DNA of 64,000 nt from a virus. The notes under the pieces are model-generated. The model worked only from the letters and a program-made list of their open reading frames with translations. It did not search any database and was not told the origin of the DNA. The stretch covers positions 10,468 to 74,467 of the IMG/VR virus record IMGVR_UViG_3300028197_001024. One strand, given 5' to 3'. How positions within the stretch are numbered: the stretch's first letter is position 1; every line of letters begins with the position of its first letter. Made by a program: the position numbers and the translations under genes. Of the stretch, positions 19,714 through 28,786 are shown piece after piece.

Positions 19714-20799
19714 ATGGCAAAAGTTTGGATGGTAAGTGATTCGCATTTAGGCTGCAGGTCAAATTCTGTATTATGGTTAAGCATTATTGAGGATTACTTT
19801 TTTGAATTTTTTATACCTTTAGTTAAAAAGGAATATAAAGAAGGTGATGTTCTTTATCATTTAGGAGATGTGTTTGATAATCGTCAGAGCGTTAATTTAG
19901 CTGCACAGGATTTAGCGATAAGAGTATTTGAAGAACTCGGTAAAATATTTCCAGATATACATATCATAGTTGGCAATCATGATATTATGAGAAAGAACTC
20001 CAATGATATAGCATCTGTAGATTGTTTAAAATATTTACCTAATGTTACTGTTCATAAGCAACCTAAGATTTTAAAGTATGGGAATACTAAATGTTTACTT
20101 ATGCCGTGGCGTAGAGACCACGCACATGAAAAAGAAACTTTAGATTCTATTAAAGAAAATATTGATTATATGTTTTGTCATACTGAAACAAGAGGTGTAC
20201 AAACTTCTCCTAGTACAAAACATTTACATGAAGGTGGTAATGATGTAGGTATATTTAAAAGATTTAAAAGAGTTTACTCTGGACATATTCATTATAGACA
20301 AGATAAACAAAACTTTGTGCTTGTAGGTAACCCTTACCAAATGACAAGATCTGATAGAGGCAATCAAAAAGGTATCTATGTATTGGATTTAGATACTGGT
20401 AAGCATGAATTCTTTATGAATAAGAGGAGTCCAGAATTTATAAGGTATTATATTAATGATATCTTGGAGATGCGTATGGATGATATAAAGAAAGAAATAA
20501 AGGATAATTTTGTGGATGTTTTTATACCATCAAATGTACTAGGTAAATATAACATTAATATGTTTATGGATTATTTAGATGGTGTTGCCAGAAAATTAGA
20601 ACCTAGAATATATGATGAAGAAAATCCGTATGATAGAGAAGATGGGGAACTTTCTGATTTTAACGGAGAACTTAATTTAATGAATATAGCAGCCGAGTAT
20701 ATTAATTCTTTAGAATATGAAGATGATTTAAAAGAAAGATTAAAAACATCAGTACAGGATTTATATAAAAGAACATTATCACCTAACTATGAAGATTAA
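19714..20799 (+). CDS. gp47: Recombination nuclease, Mre11/SbcD-like (gp47)
   Basis: SDSHLG, LGDVFDNR, VGNHD, SGHIH. Confidence 0.92.
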   Translation: MAKVWMVSDSHLGCRSNSVLWLSIIEDYFFEFFIPLVKKEYKEGDVLYHLGDVFDNRQSVNLAAQDLAIRVFEELGKIFPDIHIIVGNHDIMRKNSNDIASVDCLKYLPNVTVHKQPKILKYGNTKCLLMPWRRDHAHEKETLDSIKENIDYMFCHTETRGVQTSPSTKHLHEGGNDVGIFKRFKRVYSGHIHYRQDKQNFVLVGNPYQMTRSDRGNQKGIYVLDLDTGKHEFFMNKRSPEFIRYYINDILEMRMDDIKKEIKDNFVDVFIPSNVLGKYNINMFMDYLDGVARKLEPRIYDEENPYDREDGELSDFNGELNLMNIAAEYINSLEYEDDLKERLKTSVQDLYKRTLSPNYED

Positions 20800-22459
20800 A
20801 AAGGTAGAATTTAAAAACTTTGCAAGCTATGGTAACCGAACACAGGTAATAGAATTTGATAAAGATAAAAGTGATCTTTATTTAGTTCTTGGTGGAAACG
20901 GTGCTGGTAAAAGTACTCTTGCAAAAGTTATAACTTATTTATGCTATGGTAAGGTGGAAGGATCCACTTTAAAGGACTTACCTAACAGGGTAAATGGCGC
21001 TCTTTGGGGTAAGATACATTTAGAATCTAAAAATAATACCGTTGAGATAGAAAGAGGAATTAATCCTGGTATATTTAATGTTAAAATAAATGGATCTGAA
21101 TATGATGTTGCAGGTAAAGTAAACTTGCAAGATTTTTTAGAAACAGAAATTTATGAAATCCCTTATCATGTTTTTAAGAATGTAATTATTTTATCTGTAA
21201 ATGATTTTAAGTCTTTTATTACAATGTCACCTTATGATAAGAAAAGGATTATTGATAAAATATTTGGATTTTCTATTATTAATGAAATGGCTGAAGCTGT
21301 TAAAGAAAAGCGGAGATCTATTATTGAAGAGATAAGAACGTATGATGATGAAATAAGAACCCTTAATGAATCTATAGAATCTGTAATTGATAAGATAAAG
21401 CATTTTGAAAAAGTTAGTAAAAACAAAGATGCTGAAAAGATTAAAATTCTTAAAGAAAAATTGTTACAGTTAAATGAAAATAGAAAAAAATTAAAAGATC
21501 TTACTTCTGCTACAAAAATCAATCTAGAAAAATTAGATGAAAATTCAAGAAAGCAAAATAATAAAAAGTCAACATTAAATTCTAAGATTAATACAGTTAA
21601 GAAAGAACTTAAGCTATATGAAAACAATGCATGCCCTACATGTACTGCCCCTCTTAATTCTGATTTTCATTTAGATATTAAAAAGGAAAAACAAGATTCT
21701 TTAGATTTATTATTTATTGAATGGAATCAAATAAAGGACGATGCAGAAAAAGCAGAAGCTGAATTAACTGATCTTAGGCAAAAAGGTAGAAAGATACATG
21801 TTAAGGTTGGGCAGTTAGAAACTCAGATGGAAGCCATTAAAGATAAGTTAATTGAAATGGCTGATAAAGATGAATCTGAATCAGGTTCCCATCTTAAGCA
21901 ATTAGTAAAAGATTTTAAAATTAGGAAAGACGATAAATCAACCGGTAAGTTAAAGAGTGAAGGGGAGGATTATTATTTAACTATCCTAGAAAATATTATG
22001 GGTGAAAATGGAATTAAGAACTTAGCAGTAAGATCTATTCTCCCTTCGTTTAATAATCATATTCTTTTAATGGGCCGGGAGATGGGCATACCTTTTGGTA
22101 TTAGATTTAATGAAAAGTTTTATTGTTCATTACATCATCTAGGTACAGAGATTAGCCCTAAGACGTTAAGTACTGGTGAAAAGAAAAAGGTTGATTTTGT
22201 AATTATTATGGCATTAATGAAAATGATTAAAGTTAGATTCCCATCTCTTAATATTTTATTCTTGGATGAAATATTTTCTTCTATTGATTCAGATGGTGTT
22301 CATCACATAATTAATATACTTCATAACACTATTCAAGATATAGGACTTAATACCTTTGTTATCAATCATACAGTTTTACCAAGTGAGTATTTTGATAAAA
22401 AGATTGAAATAACTAAAGATGGTGGCTTCAGTGAATTTAACATTGAATCTATTGGATAA
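20789..22459 (+). CDS. gp46: Recombination ATPase, Rad50/SbcC-like (gp46)
   Basis: GGNGAGKS, CPTC zinc hook, coiled coil, LSTGE signature, LDEIFSS. Confidence 0.93.
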   Translation: MKIKKVEFKNFASYGNRTQVIEFDKDKSDLYLVLGGNGAGKSTLAKVITYLCYGKVEGSTLKDLPNRVNGALWGKIHLESKNNTVEIERGINPGIFNVKINGSEYDVAGKVNLQDFLETEIYEIPYHVFKNVIILSVNDFKSFITMSPYDKKRIIDKIFGFSIINEMAEAVKEKRRSIIEEIRTYDDEIRTLNESIESVIDKIKHFEKVSKNKDAEKIKILKEKLLQLNENRKKLKDLTSATKINLEKLDENSRKQNNKKSTLNSKINTVKKELKLYENNACPTCTAPLNSDFHLDIKKEKQDSLDLLFIEWNQIKDDAEKAEAELTDLRQKGRKIHVKVGQLETQMEAIKDKLIEMADKDESESGSHLKQLVKDFKIRKDDKSTGKLKSEGEDYYLTILENIMGENGIKNLAVRSILPSFNNHILLMGREMGIPFGIRFNEKFYCSLHHLGTEISPKTLSTGEKKKVDFVIIMALMKMIKVRFPSLNILFLDEIFSSIDSDGVHHIINILHNTIQDIGLNTFVINHTVLPSEYFDKKIEITKDGGFSEFNIESIG

Positions 22460-22484
22460 ATAGAATATAAACAAAGTCTAATAG

Positions 22485-23441
22485 ATGTCAGCATATAATC
22501 AAGAATTTAATAAAGATAACACCATACTTCGGTATCTAACCGTAGGCATGTTAGCCGAGCTTAGTAAAAAGGTATATTATTATAATCAAATAGATGAAGA
22601 TACTTTAAAGAAAATTGAAGTACCTTTCTTTTATTCTATTTCTGGTAATGAGAGATTTCTTTTAGATAATTTTATGTTTGATGCTGAAGCAGCAGGAAAG
22701 GCAATTGGAGATTATGAAGTTGTACCTCGTGGTATTATACAGATGAATTCAATGTCCATTAATGCAGATGAACAAACTAATAAATTTACAAGAGCTGAGT
22801 TTGTAAGAGAATGGGATGGTGTTCTAAAAACATTTTCTTTAATGACCAACTTTTTACCTATAACTATAGGATTTGGTGTAACTATAATATGTTCTAATAA
22901 TTTAGAAATGTTAAAAGTTACTGATTCTATTATGAGTAAATTATATAAAGGTACGTTATTTAATGTAGATTTAGGCATGTTCAGGGTTAATGCTTCAATG
23001 TCAGTACCAGAAGATTATTCACAAGATAGATTATTTGAATGGGGTCTTAATGATAAAAAGGAATTTCAAGTTACTTTTGATATGGAATTAAAATCATTTA
23101 TGCCAGTATTTGAAAGTGGTATTTTATTGCCTGAAATTGATTTTATTACTAGGGAAGCTATAAAATCAAATCCTAGCTCAAGTGGAGTAGGCCAATTAAG
23201 ATGTGATAGCAACGGCAATATGGGAATTTATTTTGGAGGGGTATTTCAAACGTTCGATTTTAATAGCGATGATATAAAAGTTGCACCAATTAAAACAATG
23301 GATAGTAATAGTGGATTTAATAGTACTACGAGCAAAGAAGCTGGTGGACCGTTTGATGAAAGACAAATAGATTCTTCACCACCACAGACAGAAACATCTG
23401 CTAGTAAGACTTATCGTAATGCTAGTAATGATGAAGGATAA
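22485..23441 (+). CDS. Tail completion/sheath stabiliser (gp15-like)
   Basis: IEVPFFY...ERFL and VPRG..M..M pattern as in gp15 homologues; late-type motif upstream. Confidence 0.5.
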   Translation: MSAYNQEFNKDNTILRYLTVGMLAELSKKVYYYNQIDEDTLKKIEVPFFYSISGNERFLLDNFMFDAEAAGKAIGDYEVVPRGIIQMNSMSINADEQTNKFTRAEFVREWDGVLKTFSLMTNFLPITIGFGVTIICSNNLEMLKVTDSIMSKLYKGTLFNVDLGMFRVNASMSVPEDYSQDRLFEWGLNDKKEFQVTFDMELKSFMPVFESGILLPEIDFITREAIKSNPSSSGVGQLRCDSNGNMGIYFGGVFQTFDFNSDDIKVAPIKTMDSNSGFNSTTSKEAGGPFDERQIDSSPPQTETSASKTYRNASNDEG

Positions 23442-23458
23442 TTAACTCTAAGTTCTTA

Positions 23459-23468
23459 GAATATATAA
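23459..23468 (+). promoter_or_regulatory. Putative late promoter
   Basis: GAATATATAA. Confidence 0.6.
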
Positions 23469-23488
23469 AACAAATCAAATTCTATAAT

Positions 23489-25561
23489 ATGGAAAAAGTT
23501 ATTAAAGAAGGACAAACTCAAGTTTATGCAGATGGTGCTATTGACCGTCAATTTGGTATTAATACTGATGCTCCTTACCTTAATATGCCACCACAGCAAT
23601 TAATTGATATTGTTGGGGTTTTATTTGCACAGAGTGGCAAAACTAAACTAGATGGTAAAAACGGTAAAGTAGTTGAAAGTGGACCAATGTCGGATTCACA
23701 AGTACTTGCAATTCTTGTAGGTATGGGAACTCCTCAACAATTAGCAATGAGTGCTATTAATGCCTTCAAAGGAAATCAAACAGAAATTACAGAAAATAAT
23801 AATAAACAAAAAAATCATAACGAAATGAAATTTACAATTGCTGAACTGCACGAAAATGTTATGAAGAGCATCGAAGCTTTAAAGGTAATGAATTCGGATA
23901 ACTCCAGAGTTTCTTATTCTGCTAAGAATGCCCTCAACATTTTAGAAGAATCTCTTAAGGTATTCCCTATGAGATTTAAAAACGAAGAAACTGAAGTTAT
24001 CAGTGAAGAGATAGAAAATAGTGTTAACCCTATGTTAAAGTTTAACATTGCAAAATCCCTTCATTCAAAATTAGCTTCTTCTGATTGGTTAAATCCAATT
24101 AAAGAATTAAGATCTTATATTACAGGAGCTTATGAAGATACTAAATGGTCATTCAGAGTAACTGAGGCTATCACTCGTACACAATCACAAAAAGGTAAAA
24201 TGTATGAAGGATTAGTAAATGACCTAGAAGGTTTATTAAATGAGTCTTCGGATACTATTAAATCTAAATTTTCTACTATAGCTGCTAAGAATCCATGGTC
24301 AATGGATTGTAAAGCCATTCTTAATGAAATGAAAGCTGAAGATAATAAAGCTACTGCGAATGGAGGTGGAACTATTTCTACTATTCTTTCACCAGTTTTA
24401 GAATCAGAAAACGGATTAACATTCCACTTACATGGAAAGAATTATAACTTTGACGGAAAAACAATTACTGAAGCTGAAGTTAAAGATCCAAGATTCTTTG
24501 ATATATTAGAAGGCTTAGGTATGTTTAAGAATATGAATAATACTTTAGTTACTTTTGGTGAAGGTAATGACAGAACGTTAGAATACAATTTAACTGAAGG
24601 TACTATTAAATTAGGAAGTAATGATTTAACAAATGCTAGTATAATTGAATTAAAAGAATCTTTAATGGCTCTAAACTTTTTCGGTTATAGAAATCAATGG
24701 AAAATTGATAAAGTATGTAAATTCTTTGAATCTGTAGATCTTCTTGCTGAAATGGATAATTTTACTAACATTACATCAAACGAATACAAAAATCTTAGTT
24801 TAACTATGATTAATGTAAATGAAGGTATTTATGTAAATAAAGTTAATTCAGCAATGCACGTAAATGAAATGGTATTTGTATCATCTGCAACAGAGACAGT
24901 TAAATTGGTTAAAGAATTTATTAATTATGATGCTTCTCCAATTTTATCAGAACAACTAATTGCTGAAAATAATGAAGTTGCTAAGGTTGAAAAATCAAGA
25001 TCTGATATTTCAGATAAGATTTCATTTTTAGAAGAAAAGAAAGCAAAGGTAAAAGAAGCTATTAATAAACTCGGCGAAACTGAAGAACTTACAGAAGCAA
25101 TGAATCTTTTAGAAGAAGAAATTTCTAAGTTTGAAAAATCTTTACAAGAAACTTATGATAGAGTTGTTTTAGGTGGTAATAAAGGCGATAAGTCTAAAAC
25201 CAAAAAAGGTGATGAGGATTATGAAGATGAAGAAAAGAAAGATGAAGCATATGATAAAGTTGTCTTAGGTGGTAATAAAGGCGATAAGTCTAAAACACAC
25301 GACGGCGAAGATTATGAAGATGAAGATGAAAAGAAAGATGAAGCAGTAACAGAAAAAAAAAGTCGTAACGATTATTTAAACGACGGTTTTGTTGAAGCTG
25401 AAATTAATAAAAACGGAAATGGTCTTAAAAGAGGCCAGGAAGTTATGGTAAGTGCTGAAGATTATACTTCTTTAGGAGATGATGATTCTTTAGAATGTAT
25501 TGATCCTAAAAGTGGAAAATCTACAATCTGCCCAAAAGGTCAACTGAATGTTAAGATTTAA
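23489..25561 (+). CDS. Large hypothetical late (probably prohead/virion) protein
   Basis: 690 aa, late motif upstream, many [L/I/V]-x-E sites, coiled coil and duplicated C-terminal peptide. Confidence 0.55.
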   Translation: MEKVIKEGQTQVYADGAIDRQFGINTDAPYLNMPPQQLIDIVGVLFAQSGKTKLDGKNGKVVESGPMSDSQVLAILVGMGTPQQLAMSAINAFKGNQTEITENNNKQKNHNEMKFTIAELHENVMKSIEALKVMNSDNSRVSYSAKNALNILEESLKVFPMRFKNEETEVISEEIENSVNPMLKFNIAKSLHSKLASSDWLNPIKELRSYITGAYEDTKWSFRVTEAITRTQSQKGKMYEGLVNDLEGLLNESSDTIKSKFSTIAAKNPWSMDCKAILNEMKAEDNKATANGGGTISTILSPVLESENGLTFHLHGKNYNFDGKTITEAEVKDPRFFDILEGLGMFKNMNNTLVTFGEGNDRTLEYNLTEGTIKLGSNDLTNASIIELKESLMALNFFGYRNQWKIDKVCKFFESVDLLAEMDNFTNITSNEYKNLSLTMINVNEGIYVNKVNSAMHVNEMVFVSSATETVKLVKEFINYDASPILSEQLIAENNEVAKVEKSRSDISDKISFLEEKKAKVKEAINKLGETEELTEAMNLLEEEISKFEKSLQETYDRVVLGGNKGDKSKTKKGDEDYEDEEKKDEAYDKVVLGGNKGDKSKTHDGEDYEDEDEKKDEAVTEKKSRNDYLNDGFVEAEINKNGNGLKRGQEVMVSAEDYTSLGDDDSLECIDPKSGKSTICPKGQLNVKI
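25154..25345 (+). repeat. Tandem 96-bp (32-aa) duplication
   Basis: YDRVVLGGNKGDKSKTKKGDEDYEDEEKKDEA followed by YDKVVLGGNKGDKSKTHDGEDYEDEDEKKDEA. Confidence 0.9.
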
Positions 25562-25580
25562 TATTCTTTACTAAAATAAT

Positions 25581-25616
25581 AAAGCCGGTAGTAATAATAA
25601 ACTATCGGCTTTTTTT
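25581..25616 (+). terminator. Rho-independent terminator overlapping the next promoter
   Basis: AAAGCCGGTAGT-aataataa-ACTATCGGCTTT plus T tract. Confidence 0.75.
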
Positions 25617-25624
25617 GTATATAA
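25598..25624 (+). promoter_or_regulatory. Putative middle promoter for the late sigma gene
   Basis: TAAAC-N17-TATAA. Confidence 0.6.
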
Positions 25625-25646
25625 TAATAAATAAAACATTTACAAA

Positions 25647-26012
25647 ATGGCAAGAAAAAGAAATTACTTAAATAATAGGGATCTTCTTGAAGAAATAGTT
25701 AAATCTAAAGAATTAGATGAATTAACCCCAAAGGCATTGGAATTTCTAATGTTATTGGCAGACAAATGTTCTAGAAAATTATCATATGCAAATCCTGATG
25801 ATAGACAAGACTGTATAGCATCTGCTTATATGGACTTATTTAAATATTGGAGAAACTTTAACCCTGAAAAATCTACTAATGCATTTGCTTATTTTACTGA
25901 AATATGTAAAAGGGGGTTTGCAAAAGGTTGGAATAAATTACATCCTAGGAAATATGCTGGTACTGTATCAATTAATGGTAGTGCTGACAGTGATGGGATT
26001 TATACAATATAA
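25647..26012 (+). CDS. gp55: Late-transcription sigma factor (gp55-like, minimal, 121 aa)
   Basis: NYLNNRDLL and NFNPEKSTNAFAYFTEI are characteristic of gp55. Confidence 0.82.
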   Translation: MARKRNYLNNRDLLEEIVKSKELDELTPKALEFLMLLADKCSRKLSYANPDDRQDCIASAYMDLFKYWRNFNPEKSTNAFAYFTEICKRGFAKGWNKLHPRKYAGTVSINGSADSDGIYTI

Positions 26013-26019
26013 TTTTTAA

Positions 26020-26496
26020 ATGAGCATCAAAAAGGTAAAGCCTACTTCTAAGTCCGGATTTAAGCAAGGGTATTATAATCCTATAAATCCTCAAAAGTAT
26101 ATAGGACCTCATCCTATCATATATAGAAGTAGTTGGGAAAGAAAATTTTGCCATTGGTGCGACCACAATGAAGATGTAATAAAATGGGCATCTGAACCTT
26201 TTTCTATAAAATATTTTAATATGCTAGATAAAAAGTTTCATAATTATTATCCTGATTTTTATATTAAAATGGATAAGGACGGAATAACAGAAGAATATGT
26301 AGTTGAAATAAAACCAAAGGCACAATTACAAAAACCAAAGGCACCAAAAAGAAAAACAGCAAAGGCATTAAAAAACTTTCAACATGGTTATGAAACTTAT
26401 GTTAGAAACCTTTGTAAAACTGAAGCATTAAATAAAATGGCTAAACAAAGAAATTTTAAAGTAATGCTTTTAACAGAAGACTCAAAATTATTCTAA
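26020..26496 (+). CDS. gp4: Head completion nuclease (gp4, TnsA-like)
   Basis: YRSSWERKF, WASE, YYPDF, VEIKP. Confidence 0.88.
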   Translation: MSIKKVKPTSKSGFKQGYYNPINPQKYIGPHPIIYRSSWERKFCHWCDHNEDVIKWASEPFSIKYFNMLDKKFHNYYPDFYIKMDKDGITEEYVVEIKPKAQLQKPKAPKRKTAKALKNFQHGYETYVRNLCKTEALNKMAKQRNFKVMLLTEDSKLF

Positions 26497-27071
26497 TGGC
26501 AATAATAGGATCCTTTCAAGAAGATTTAGATATTTACCTCGCAGATTATAAAGGGAGGTCTGGAGCATCCAAACAATCTGAAAAAGACCTCAGTGGTATT
26601 GGGAGTATCGCAAAAGGATTATTAGATAACGGTAAGATGTATTCTTTTGAATATTTTACTCCAGACGAAACTTTCTATGATACTTATCCTTTAGTATTAG
26701 GTTTAGGCAAAAGTGACAATGATCATCAATTAGGTGTAAACATCCACTACATTCCTTATGATGCTAGAATACCTTTTCTTTCTGATGTTTTTAAATCATT
26801 TAAAAGTACGATCACTTCTGCAATAAATAAGGCACCAGGTAATCCTATGGCTCAACCTAGGTTAAATGAATTTACATATGATAATTTAAAAAAATCACTA
26901 GGTAGAAAATATAATCTTACTTATGCAGTTAGACAGTATAGATTAGATAGAATGAGAAAACCTAGAATGTTAGGTTATGAAGATTGGTATATAGGTGCTG
27001 TAAACAATCAAAATCATTTCTTTGGTGGAAATATTAATGAAGCACAAGCATTATATTACAAGAATATATAA
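26496..27071 (+). CDS. DNA end protector (gp2-like)
   Basis: FYDTYPLV and LGVNIHYIP; position after gp4. Confidence 0.65.
   Translation: MAIIGSFQEDLDIYLADYKGRSGASKQSEKDLSGIGSIAKGLLDNGKMYSFEYFTPDETFYDTYPLVLGLGKSDNDHQLGVNIHYIPYDARIPFLSDVFKSFKSTITSAINKAPGNPMAQPRLNEFTYDNLKKSLGRKYNLTYAVRQYRLDRMRKPRMLGYEDWYIGAVNNQNHFFGGNINEAQALYYKNI
27062..27071 (+). promoter_or_regulatory. Putative late promoter
   Basis: GAATATATAA upstream of the portal gene. Confidence 0.6.
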
Positions 27072-27091
27072 ACAATAAAAGATAAAACAAT

Positions 27092-28738
27092 ATGGCAGGT
27101 TTTACTGACAGAAGAGGACCCTTAAGTACAGGTAATCCAGTAAGGAAGATTTTAAAGGATCTTTCTAATTTAGGCATGGCTTATGATGATATGATCATTC
27201 GTAATTCACGTGCAGTAGGGTTTACTGAAAACCAAATGGGTTATACGTTTAATCCAATGGGCTCAGACGCTGATGATATGTATAGTGCATTTGCTGCTCT
27301 ATCATTAACGGATACTACAATGAAAAAGAATATCTCTATTTTTGATAGAGATTATGAAAGAAAGAGAGATGAGCTTAGACAATATGCGGTACAAGATGAG
27401 ATAGAAGATATCCTAGATGTAATTACAGATGAAGCAATTGTATTTGATGAATCTAATTTTATGGCATACTCTGATTTTCATGGACATATTGCAAGTTCTA
27501 TTGAAGATGAAATTGGTGATGTATATAATAACCTTTATAATTATTTTGGTTTTAACGATTCAGTTCAGCCTTGGAATTATTTTAGGAAATGGTTAGTAGA
27601 CGGATTCCTTGCCTTTGAGATAGTATATAATGATAAACAGACGGAGATTATAGGATTTAAGGAATTAGACCCTATTTCATTAATGCCTGGTATTGATACT
27701 GACACTGGAAAGAAGCAATGGGTACAATATAAAGGACAGGGTGCAAAAGAAAGAAAGTTATGGGATTCACAAATTATATACCTTTCATATTCTCAGGTTA
27801 ATTCACCAATGAGAATATCTTATGTTGAAAGATTAATAAGATCATTTAACCTTTTAAGAATTATGGAAACTACTAGAATTATCTGGGCTGTTTCTAATGC
27901 TTCATTTAAAACCCAATTTATTATACCGGTAGGTGGTAAATCTAAAACAAGAGCAAAACAATCTCTAGCTTCATTAATGAATTCGTATAGAGAGGTTGTT
28001 GATTTTAATCAAGAGAGTGGTGAAATTGTAACTAACGGTAAACCAATGATGCCATTCAATAAAGAATACTGGTTACCTTCTAAAGATGGCGAATCTCCAG
28101 AGATTAGTACAATTGGTGGTGATGGACCAGATCTTGGTGATACAGAATCTCTTAAGTATTTTGCAGATAGATTAAAATTAGCTTCTAAAATACCTTTTTC
28201 TAGGTTTGATAAAGAAGGTGGTAATACTTATGATATGGATGCTAGTGGAATGCTAAGAGATGAAATTAAATTTTCTAAATTTGTTGATAGGTTAAGATCT
28301 ATATTCCAGGAAGTACTTGTTAAACCTATGTATCTTCAAATGTGTCTTAATCACCCTGAATTAAAAAATGATGTTTCTTTTAAATCTGGTTTAGGTCTTA
28401 ATTTCGTTAAGGATAATGTTTTTGAAGAAATGAAAGAAATGGAATTACAAACAAAAAGAGTTGATTTTATTGGTAATCTAAAAACTCAATTAAGTACCAT
28501 GACTGCTGAAATGGAGGAAATTCCATACTTCGATTTAGGATTCTTGGTTAAGAGGTATGGTGGATTTACTCGTGAAGATTTAAAGGCTAATGCTAGAGCA
28601 AAAGAAAGGGCTGATTTAGAGAAGGAAAATTATTCAGATGAAGATATTGAAAAGATCCTTTTAGGTGCTGATAAGGCAGATTTTAAACCTGAGAAGAAAG
28701 AGGGAGCAGCAGATGAAGATCCATTAGCAGACCTCTAA
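27092..28738 (+). CDS. gp20: Portal protein (gp20)
   Basis: FRKWLVDG, ELDP, EYWLP, SKIPFSRF, RDEIKFSKFVDRLR. Confidence 0.92.
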   Translation: MAGFTDRRGPLSTGNPVRKILKDLSNLGMAYDDMIIRNSRAVGFTENQMGYTFNPMGSDADDMYSAFAALSLTDTTMKKNISIFDRDYERKRDELRQYAVQDEIEDILDVITDEAIVFDESNFMAYSDFHGHIASSIEDEIGDVYNNLYNYFGFNDSVQPWNYFRKWLVDGFLAFEIVYNDKQTEIIGFKELDPISLMPGIDTDTGKKQWVQYKGQGAKERKLWDSQIIYLSYSQVNSPMRISYVERLIRSFNLLRIMETTRIIWAVSNASFKTQFIIPVGGKSKTRAKQSLASLMNSYREVVDFNQESGEIVTNGKPMMPFNKEYWLPSKDGESPEISTIGGDGPDLGDTESLKYFADRLKLASKIPFSRFDKEGGNTYDMDASGMLRDEIKFSKFVDRLRSIFQEVLVKPMYLQMCLNHPELKNDVSFKSGLGLNFVKDNVFEEMKEMELQTKRVDFIGNLKTQLSTMTAEMEEIPYFDLGFLVKRYGGFTREDLKANARAKERADLEKENYSDEDIEKILLGADKADFKPEKKEGAADEDPLADL

Positions 28739-28758
28739 TAAAAACTTTACAGAACTTA

Positions 28759-28768
28759 TAATATATAA
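28759..28768 (+). promoter_or_regulatory. Putative late promoter
   Basis: TAATATATAA. Confidence 0.55.
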
Positions 28769-28786
28769 ATCAAATAACTAGAGAAA

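Noticed and set aside
25351-25368. Run of nine A as a -1 slippery site in the 23489 gene
   Set aside because: A runs are common in this genome, the -1 frame stops almost at once, and no stimulatory structure is seen
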